A program made the translations under genes and the position numbers. Below are positions 17,363 through 24,217 of a DNA stretch of 30,204 nt, piece after piece. Source of the stretch: an uncultured Methanosarcinales archaeon (GTDB lineage Archaea; Nanobdellota; Nanobdellia; Woesearchaeales; JAGVZT01); contig CAYQPU010000020.1 of the NCBI GenBank assembly GCA_964419615.1, positions 1 to 30,204 on the forward strand, in the 5' to 3' direction. The notes under the pieces were generated by a model. That model was not told the origin of the DNA and ran no database searches. It was given only the letters and a program-made list of their open reading frames with translations. Positions within the stretch are counted from its first letter, which is position 1, and every line of letters starts with the position of its first letter.

Positions 17363-17390
17363 TTTTATTCATTCACATCATATGTAGTTA

Positions 17391-18059
17391 TTATTCTAAT
17401 GTCACTTGCAATATATAGGGTTGTCCAATAAGATCTAATGCATGCCTTGGTACTTCATACGCAGTACATTTTTGAAGGTCTCCACAATGCTCTTCTTCTG
17501 AATTACCATTCTCAGAAAACATCTTAATAGTTTCATCATGAGGTAATGCCATTAACAGTTCTTCAATCATTTTTTCTTTAAATCTAGGGTTAGAACTCAC
17601 TTGAGCTAATTGAGTATTGCTTGGATTTAAAAAGTCAGCTTCAACAACATAAGTTCCAGTTCCTGGTGCCAGGGGGACTCTAGATGTATCATACCAATTA
17701 CATTCTCCTTGTTCAAGTTGATCAATTACTCCATAAAGGTTGTGTTTTTTTCTTGCTGCAATTGCGCCTTGAAGACCACCTGATTGAAATTCCTGTTCAA
17801 ATGCATTAGCTAATTGCTGATAATGCTCATAAGCCTTGTCTCTACTTGTAAATCTACCATTACCATTAAACAAGTGACACTTCATGATTGGATAATCCTC
17901 TGCAAATCCTTCAAGAAAATGTCTGACAGTTACGTTATAAGGTGTCATTCCTATTATCACACCAATTGTTCTTTGTCCGCATGGTTCCCATGCATAAAAA
18001 TTTCCTAAAGAAATGTTTGAGGGATTTGTACCCCCTGTTCCAGCAACCATATTTGTCAA
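17391..18059 (-). CDS. Hypothetical protein (222 aa)
   Basis: ORF with upstream TATA-like TTTATATA on the minus strand; no family recognised. Confidence 0.7.
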   Translation of the reverse strand: MTNMVAGTGGTNPSNISLGNFYAWEPCGQRTIGVIIGMTPYNVTVRHFLEGFAEDYPIMKCHLFNGNGRFTSRDKAYEHYQQLANAFEQEFQSGGLQGAIAARKKHNLYGVIDQLEQGECNWYDTSRVPLAPGTGTYVVEADFLNPSNTQLAQVSSNPRFKEKMIEELLMALPHDETIKMFSENGNSEEEHCGDLQKCTAYEVPRHALDLIGQPYILQVTLE

Positions 18060-18098
18060 ATAAGTATTAAAATATATAAAAGTTTGTATGTGATAACT

Positions 18099-18113
18099 AC
18101 TCCATAATGGAGT
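18099..18113. promoter_or_regulatory. Perfect palindrome in a divergent promoter region (operator candidate)
   Basis: ACTCCAT-A-ATGGAGT between the divergent starts at 18059 (-) and 18156 (+). Confidence 0.4.
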
Positions 18114-18155
18114 TTATTGGAAAAGATTAAATAAGCTATTGCGTTTCTTTGTATC

Positions 18156-18476
18156 ATGCCAAATAATTATAATGTGTATCTTGACAGACATTTTGAAGAA
18201 GCACAAGTTGAGGGTGTTTTGAGTGTTAATTGTCTTAGCACTGGTGAGGTTGTTGCATCTGTTGAGTATGACCAAGGTTTTCTTAAAGGATTAGATGAAT
18301 TGGTTATACATCCGAAGATCAAAGCCATAGAAGAAGGAGTATTTTTTTCCTGGCAAAACCATATGCAAATATTAAGGGAGGGTAGAGAAGGGCAAACTGA
18401 ATATGGATTTTCTATTGAAGATTGGCTTTATCAATTTATTAGGACCAGACAGGATTTGCATAATGCTAATTCATAG
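18156..18476 (+). CDS. Hypothetical protein (106 aa)
   Basis: ATG ORF with upstream TTAAATAA; convergent 11-nt overlap with truD. Confidence 0.6.
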   Translation: MPNNYNVYLDRHFEEAQVEGVLSVNCLSTGEVVASVEYDQGFLKGLDELVIHPKIKAIEEGVFFSWQNHMQILREGREGQTEYGFSIEDWLYQFIRTRQDLHNANS

Positions 18477-19416
18477 AAGCACAATCAAACATATTCTTTA
18501 TCACAAGAGTTGCATAGCATCCAGGATTTAGTGAAAAGCAGATTTTTATTTTCTTTTTTCCAGAATTTAGTTCATCATCTTTCAGATCTCCAATTTCCAA
18601 ATCATTTACAGCTGAGAATATTTTTCTGTATGTTCCTTCACTGCACAATTCAGGCAATTGTCGTGTGATGAAATCTCTTTGATTTATTTCCTCTTTTTTT
18701 AGTTCAGTCAAACAGATATCCTCTATTAAATCATCTTCAAATTCAGTGCTATATCCTACTATTGGAAAATCAAGTTTGGGATTTTTACATTTTTCAAGAT
18801 ACTGAGCCACACATTTGTTCCAGATGTAACTTTGGTAAGCGTGAATGTAGATACTGAGTATTTTTCTTGGAATTTTTCTAAGGGCCCCAATGTATTCTTT
18901 TGGTTGCTTTTGTAGGGATTCTAACATGTCATCATTATCTATCAAATCCACAGCTTCTTTGAGTTTCCTCTGTAAAATGAATTTACCCACTTTGTGGTTG
19001 TTTTCATTTCTTCCAAATCTTTGAGTGTCAAAAAAATTGACAACCTTGCTGACTTTTGTTGGCCTTTTTTCAATGTCTCTAACAATGATTTCAAAATGAT
19101 TTTCATCAAGATCTCCTAAAGATATTGGTTTTTGGCCTTTACCAATTACTTCAACTATAATATCTGGAAGTTTTTTGTTTGAGATTCTTCCCTTTACAGA
19201 ACAGATTTGCTCTGTTATTGCATGTCTGTCTTTGTTTCCAGCATAGCCAAAGAATTTCCTTGGAATTCTTGTGATCTTTGATATTGCTTGAAGAGCTGCA
19301 TTTGTTGTGTAGTTTGTTTTCTTTAGTTTAAAGTATGTGTAAGGTCCATGGTCAGATACACTAACTGAACTTGTTTCTTTTACAATAAAATCACTAGGGA
19401 CTTGTTTTATCTTCAT
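18466..19416 (-). CDS. truD: tRNA pseudouridine(13) synthase TruD
   Basis: KQVPSDFIVKE, YAGNKDRHAITEQ (catalytic Asp), NFFDTQRFG, YQSYIWN, FSLNPGCYAT. Confidence 0.93.
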   Translation of the reverse strand: MKIKQVPSDFIVKETSSVSVSDHGPYTYFKLKKTNYTTNAALQAISKITRIPRKFFGYAGNKDRHAITEQICSVKGRISNKKLPDIIVEVIGKGQKPISLGDLDENHFEIIVRDIEKRPTKVSKVVNFFDTQRFGRNENNHKVGKFILQRKLKEAVDLIDNDDMLESLQKQPKEYIGALRKIPRKILSIYIHAYQSYIWNKCVAQYLEKCKNPKLDFPIVGYSTEFEDDLIEDICLTELKKEEINQRDFITRQLPELCSEGTYRKIFSAVNDLEIGDLKDDELNSGKKKIKICFSLNPGCYATLVIKNMFDCASMN

Positions 19417-19491
19417 TTTGTATATGCTAATACAAAAGATATTAAAAGAGTTTTTGTTTTCTGACTTATGCGAGCCTGTAGCCTAGTCCGG

Positions 19492-19660
19492 CGAACTTTT
19501 AGGAAAACACAAGGGAACCAAAGATTCCCTGTGCCAGGAAAACTACTTTTTCCTTGGGTTCGATCAAAACACAAGGGGCTTACAGCCCCTTCCCGTGGTC
19601 AATATGAAAACTATTTAACCACGACACTTGATGGATTTACAATATTAATTGTTCGGATAT
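19492..19660 (+). other. tRNA intron 1 (169 nt, position 19/20, D loop)
   Basis: BHB: central helix GTCC/GGAT, bulges GG|C and AT|A, inner helix GAAC/GTTC. Confidence 0.85.
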
Positions 19661-19848
19661 ATAGGGCAGCAGCCTCCTACGCTGATGAAGAATCTCGGAG
19701 TAGTACCCTTGTGGTATGAAGAGAGTTAGCTGAAGCGCAAGAAAGCTGCGGGTCGGGGGTTCAAATCGACCTTTTAAAAAAAGGTCGAACAAAACAAATG
19801 GGACTTGCAGTCCCATGACGTGACCATCACAAATACAAGATAGTCACG
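19560..19848 (+). repeat. Duplicated 64-nt structured module in introns 1 and 3 (19560-19623 and 19785-19848)
   Basis: 43 of 64 identical without gaps; five compensatory base-pair changes. Confidence 0.85.
19680..19743 (+). ncRNA. tRNA intron 2 (64 nt, position 37/38); candidate box C/D guide sRNA
   Basis: Terminal stem CGC/GCG, box C TGATGA 19683-19688, C'-like GGTATGA 19713-19719, box D CTGA 19730-19733. The splice motif is relaxed (CTCC against CAAG gives 2 of 4 pairs) and box D' is unclear. Confidence 0.6.
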
Positions 19849-19905
19849 GTACAAAATTTGGTCTGGTACTAGTTTTGTTCGAATTAAGTAAAAGTTCGTT
19901 GAAAG
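19766..19905 (+). other. tRNA intron 3 (140 nt, position 59/60, T loop)
   Basis: Central helix TTCA/TGAA, bulges AA|T and AG|T, inner helix CGACCTTTTA/TAAAAGTTCG (9 of 10 pairs). Confidence 0.85.
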
Positions 19906-19939
19906 TCCTCCCAGGCTCGTTTATTTAATTGGGGATTTT

Positions 19940-20962
19940 ATGAAAAAGACATTGTTTACTGCTGGTACCTTGTTGATTGGTATAGTTATTTTTATTTATG
20001 CAATCAAGATTATTGGTGTTGAACAAATTGTTAACCAGTTTAGAACTATCAAAACAACACACATCCTGCTTTATTTATTTGTCTCATTTATTTTAGTTGC
20101 TGTGCTTATGTTTAAATGGCAGTATATTTTAAGAACTTTTGGTTATAAAGTTTCTTTTTGGAACCTTTTCATGTACAGACAAATGGGTTATTCTATTGGT
20201 TATGTGGTACCGTCTTTTTATATTGGTGGTCAGACAATCAAAGCTTTGTTTTTAAAAAAGCACGAGATCCCTACAACCGATGCTGTAGCTTCTGTGTTAA
20301 TTGATAGAGCAGTTGAACTTCCACTGAATTTTCTATTAGCATGTTTTATGTTCATTTTAATAATCACTACACTTAATTTACCTCTTTATATGATTATCAT
20401 ATTAGCTGTAATTCTGACAGCGGTAATCGCCTTTGGAATTTTATATTTTTATAGGGTGTTTAATAAAAAATATTTTTTCTCCACTATCACACAAAAAACT
20501 TTTTTGAAAAGATTTAAGTTTATTTCAAAGTTTCAGAGTAAATTTGAGGAGACTGAATCTAATCTCATAAAGTTCTTTAATCACGAACGCCAGCATTTTA
20601 TTACTGCTTTGTTGTTCTCATGTGTATTATGGTTTTTGATGATGCTTGAATTTAAGACTGCACTGTTGATTGTTGGTTTTAATGCCTCACTTGCTCAAAT
20701 TTACTTGGTTGTTACCATGACTGGTTTTGCTATGATGTTTCCTGTACCAGCATCTATTGGAGTTATGGAATTAAGCCAGATTGCTATTGCAGTCATGGTT
20801 GGTATTCCTCCAGCTGTTGCTGTTGCATTATCACTGTTAGTTAGAACAAGAGACTTTATGTGGATCTTGCTTGGAATTGTTGGATATTTTCAACATGGAA
20901 CTAGTTATGTTAAAACCCTTGTTACAGATATAAAAAATGGAAATGACAAAAAAGGCTCTTGA
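19940..20962 (+). CDS. UPF0104/lysylphosphatidylglycerol synthase TM-domain (flippase-like) membrane protein
   Basis: KWQYILR, GYSIGYVVPSFYIGGQTIK, SVLIDRAVE, FPVPASIGVMEL, LLVRTRDFMW. Confidence 0.85.
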   Translation: MKKTLFTAGTLLIGIVIFIYAIKIIGVEQIVNQFRTIKTTHILLYLFVSFILVAVLMFKWQYILRTFGYKVSFWNLFMYRQMGYSIGYVVPSFYIGGQTIKALFLKKHEIPTTDAVASVLIDRAVELPLNFLLACFMFILIITTLNLPLYMIIILAVILTAVIAFGILYFYRVFNKKYFFSTITQKTFLKRFKFISKFQSKFEETESNLIKFFNHERQHFITALLFSCVLWFLMMLEFKTALLIVGFNASLAQIYLVVTMTGFAMMFPVPASIGVMELSQIAIAVMVGIPPAVAVALSLLVRTRDFMWILLGIVGYFQHGTSYVKTLVTDIKNGNDKKGS

Positions 20963-22073
20963 AATAGCTAAGAGAGATCTTAGGGCTTGTTATGCAAGTA
21001 AAGGAATTTTGGCGGGGATTACTCATTTTGATGATTATTGGGCAAGAGATAGTTTTTATGCTTCACTTGGGGCACTTGAAATTGGAGATTATGAAATTGT
21101 AAGAAAAAGCTTAGAACTTTTCATAAAACATCAGAAAAAGAATGGTCAAATTCCACTAAGATATGGCTATCATGCGATTGCTATTTTTCTTAAATTACTT
21201 GGATTAATAATACATGGTAAGCAGTATGCACTGTACCGAACTGATAATGTTATTTCATATCCAACTGATCAAAATTCCCTGTTTGTTATTGTTTTTTTTG
21301 AGTATGTTAAGAAAACTAAGGATGTTGAGTTTGCAAGAAAACATTTTGGTGCTGTTAAAAGAGCAATTGAGTGGAACAGATCATTAACAGATGGCTTACT
21401 AATGGAAGAGAATTACTATGCTAACTGGGCAGATACTCATAAAAAAAGAGGTAAAGTGCTTTATACAAATGTTCTTTGCTGTAAAGCATTAAATTCTATT
21501 TCAAAGTTATGCAAACTTTTGAATAAGAATGAACTTAAACATTATTCTAATTTATATGAGAATACAAAGAAAAAAATAAACAGTATGTTTTGGAATGGTC
21601 AATATTTCATTGATTGGATTGGTACTAAGAAGTATGACTATTTTTCAACTGATGGTAATGTTCTAGCAATTATTTTTGGAGTTGCTGACAAAAAGCAATC
21701 AAAAAAAATTGAAAGTTTTATTGAAAAAAATGCTATTAACAAAGTACCATCATTAACTAATTATCCTAAATATCCAAATAGACTGATAAACCCAATAATG
21801 AGAATATTAGGGATGAAAGATTATCAAAATGGAATGAGCTGGCAATGGCTTGGTTGCATGAATGTTGTTTCTAAACAAAAAGCCGGGCTCAAAAAAGAAG
21901 CTAATGATTTATTGTGTAAAATTTCAGAAATTATTGTAAAGTATGATGGAGCTTATGAAGTTTATGAAAATACTGGAAAGCCTGTTAAAAGAAAATTTTA
22001 CAAATCTGAACAGCCTTTTGCATGGAGCTCTGGTTTGTTCATTTATGCGCACGAGCAGTTGAATTCAAAATAA
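20937..22073 (+). CDS. (alpha/alpha)6 glycoside hydrolase, amylo-alpha-1,6-glucosidase-like
   Basis: DYWARDSFYASLG, GQIP, DQNSLF, NWAD, YQNGMSWQWL, EVY...G...Q.FAWSSG. Confidence 0.8.
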   Translation: MEMTKKALEIAKRDLRACYASKGILAGITHFDDYWARDSFYASLGALEIGDYEIVRKSLELFIKHQKKNGQIPLRYGYHAIAIFLKLLGLIIHGKQYALYRTDNVISYPTDQNSLFVIVFFEYVKKTKDVEFARKHFGAVKRAIEWNRSLTDGLLMEENYYANWADTHKKRGKVLYTNVLCCKALNSISKLCKLLNKNELKHYSNLYENTKKKINSMFWNGQYFIDWIGTKKYDYFSTDGNVLAIIFGVADKKQSKKIESFIEKNAINKVPSLTNYPKYPNRLINPIMRILGMKDYQNGMSWQWLGCMNVVSKQKAGLKKEANDLLCKISEIIVKYDGAYEVYENTGKPVKRKFYKSEQPFAWSSGLFIYAHEQLNSK

Positions 22074-22101
22074 AATTATATAATAACAAGAATTATATAT
22101 A

Positions 22102-22377
22102 TTGAGGTATAATTTTATACTTATGAAAGACTTTGAAAAAAGGATTTGTGCAATTGAGCAAAGAAACAAGAGAGTTGAGTTAGATAAAGCTTGGGAAACC
22201 AGCATTGCTAGAAGGATTTTGATTTCATTTTTCACTTATTTTATTATTGTGTTATTTTTCTTTGTGGCTAAACTACCTAAACCTTTTACTAATTCACTTG
22301 TACCAACAATTGCTTTTATTTTATCCACACTCACACTCCCAATTCTTAAAAAGATTTGGATGAGATACAAAAGATAG
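22102..22377 (+). CDS. Small membrane protein
   Basis: RNKRVELDKAWETS..RR followed by two hydrophobic helices; the start may be ATG 22123. Confidence 0.75.
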   Translation: MRYNFILMKDFEKRICAIEQRNKRVELDKAWETSIARRILISFFTYFIIVLFFFVAKLPKPFTNSLVPTIAFILSTLTLPILKKIWMRYKR

Positions 22378-22397
22378 ATTCAATTATGTCAGTTGGT

Positions 22398-23330
22398 TTA
22401 TGGCAAAGTTCGATATTTTGTATTTATTAATCCCCATTCCAGGAATAATAAGAATAAAGCTGTTAGCATGAATCCAAGCTGGAATCTTATTGAGACCATT
22501 GTTTTTTCTGTTACTGAGATCTCATTATATGCATTGGTTAATTGTTGCTCTGTTTCTGCTTTATAGTATTTACCCCCAGTTTGATCAGCTATTAATATTA
22601 AGGTTTCTTCGTCTAGTTTTGAAATTGCTTCAATTCTGGAAAATGATCCCCCTTGCTCTGTTCCAACACCTATTGTGAATACCTTAACATTGTTATCAAC
22701 TGCATACTCTGCACCAAATTCAGGATCTGTTCCAGTATTACTTTGTCCATCTGTTATCAAGATTATTGCCCTAGCTCTTTCTGAAGCTAATAACATATTA
22801 GTTGATGTTACTATTGCTTCACCAAGATCAGTTCCTCCAACTGGTTTTATTTCCATTTCATAGATTTTATCTTCTGCTATTCCATGATCTTTTGTGAGAT
22901 GTACTTCAACAAAACTAGTGCCTGCAAAACTTATAACTCCCACTGATACTTGCATTGGTAGGTTATCAATGAAGTCAACAGCTGCATCTTTTGCCGCTGT
23001 TAGTCTATTTGGGCTAAAATCATCTGCAAGCATACTGCTTGAAGTATCTATTGCCACAATGTAGTCAAACTCTGTTGTATTTCCCTGATACCACAAAGTT
23101 GTACCAGCAACAGATAATATAAACAGCACAAGAGCTATTAATCTAAGCACTAACATGACCACATTTTTATTTAAGACTTGTTTTCCTGTTGCTTCTGCTA
23201 TTAAGCTGAAGTTTGCAAATTTTAATGATCTTCTCCTAATATGTTTAAGAATGAGAAAATGGAGGAATACAAAAAACGGCACACTAATCAAAAATGTTAG
23301 ATATAGTGGTCTTTCAAAAGTAATTTTCAT
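22398..23330 (-). CDS. vWA domain membrane protein (BatA/BatB-like)
   Basis: N-terminal F..P.YL TM segment, MIDAS motif DTSSSM, RLTAAK, GTDLGEAI, LITDG, TGGKYY. Confidence 0.92.
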   Translation of the reverse strand: MKITFERPLYLTFLISVPFFVFLHFLILKHIRRRSLKFANFSLIAEATGKQVLNKNVVMLVLRLIALVLFILSVAGTTLWYQGNTTEFDYIVAIDTSSSMLADDFSPNRLTAAKDAAVDFIDNLPMQVSVGVISFAGTSFVEVHLTKDHGIAEDKIYEMEIKPVGGTDLGEAIVTSTNMLLASERARAIILITDGQSNTGTDPEFGAEYAVDNNVKVFTIGVGTEQGGSFSRIEAISKLDEETLILIADQTGGKYYKAETEQQLTNAYNEISVTEKTMVSIRFQLGFMLTALFLLFLEWGLINTKYRTLP

Positions 23331-24217
23331 TATAATACCCTCTGCTTCATCAATTTTATTAAGGGATGAAGAAATTCTTTGTCAGTTTCAAGCATTAAAA
23401 AATATTGACCCATTTTTTTAAATTCACGCTCAACTTCATAGATTTGGTTTTTTGCAAGTTCTTCATATTTATCTTTTATTAAATCAGGATCAACTAACAG
23501 GTCAAAGCCAGAGTAAGGATCTGCCAGCACATATTGTCCTGCTTTTTCTGGTAATCTATTATCCCGTGGATCTCTAATCATGAGACCTATGAACTCAAAC
23601 TTTTTTGATGCAATTTTAAATTGCCTTTTCCAACCTGGTTTAAGTCCAATAAAGTCAGATACAATAAATATTACTGTTCCACTTTTTAAAACATTTGTGA
23701 GATGTTTTAACGTAGCAACAAAATCAATATCTCCACCATATAGCTCTGGATTTGACAATGCGCTACTAATTTTAAACATCTGTCTTCTTCCAATATTTGG
23801 TGGAATGTATTTTACAATTTTTTCATTAAACATACACAAACCCATACTGTCATCAGATCCAATAACGCCAAACGCAACTGTAGCTAGAAGTTCTGCTGCA
23901 TATTCGCATTTAAGCTTTTTTGTGGAAGAGAAGATCATACTGTTACTTACATCCACAAGGCCCATCACTGCAATATTTCTTTCTTCTGTAAGAATTTTAA
24001 CCATTAGTTCTTGTGCTCTAAGTGATGCTTTCCAATCAATGTTTGATGCATCATCAGTTGGAAGGTAATTTCGATAACTATCAAATTCAAGACCTCTTCC
24101 TTTAAATACAGATTTCCATGATGCAGAAAGATGTTCTTCAGTATATCCTCTTCTTAAACCTGCTTGAAGTTTGTTTAATAAGGGTTTTATTTCAATATTA
24201 AGATGTTTTACTTGCAT
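23330..24217 (-). CDS. DUF58 family protein
   Basis: GRGLEFDSYRNY...DD...IDWKASLR, EER, DVSNSM, SDF. Confidence 0.92.
   Translation of the reverse strand: MQVKHLNIEIKPLLNKLQAGLRRGYTEEHLSASWKSVFKGRGLEFDSYRNYLPTDDASNIDWKASLRAQELMVKILTEERNIAVMGLVDVSNSMIFSSTKKLKCEYAAELLATVAFGVIGSDDSMGLCMFNEKIVKYIPPNIGRRQMFKISSALSNPELYGGDIDFVATLKHLTNVLKSGTVIFIVSDFIGLKPGWKRQFKIASKKFEFIGLMIRDPRDNRLPEKAGQYVLADPYSGFDLLVDPDLIKDKYEELAKNQIYEVEREFKKMGQYFLMLETDKEFLHPLIKLMKQRVL

Larger units (their letters stand above)
19472..19919 (+). tRNA. tRNA-Arg(CCU) with three introns
   Basis: Exons 19472-19491, 19661-19679, 19744-19765 and 19906-19919 join to GAGCCTG TA GCCT AGTCCGGATA GGGC A GCAGC CTCCTAA GCTGC GGGTC GGGGG TTCAAAT CCTCC CAGGCTC G (75 nt) with the Arg identity elements A20 and G73. 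TATA-like TATTAAAA about 26 nt upstream. Confidence 0.9.

Noticed and set aside
19468-19719. 83-aa ORF in the track
   Set aside because: It overlaps tRNA-Arg exons 1-2 and intron 1 and has no protein-like features; the RNA reading explains the sequence.
19675-19744. Two tandem mini-introns suggested by the helices CTCC/GGAG and CTTG/CAAG
   Set aside because: Removing both leaves 11 extra nt in the anticodon loop and the flanking helices do not form; a single 37/38 intron gives a correct tRNA.
19661-19749. Alternative reading as tRNA-Trp(CCA) with an intron at 35/36
   Set aside because: No splice helix forms in that register, and A20, G73 and the body fit tRNA-Arg.
19492-19905. CRISPR array or split-tRNA interpretation of the repeats
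   Set aside because: The units are 67% identical or less, with no constant repeat-spacer period and no cas genes. All exons are collinear in one locus.
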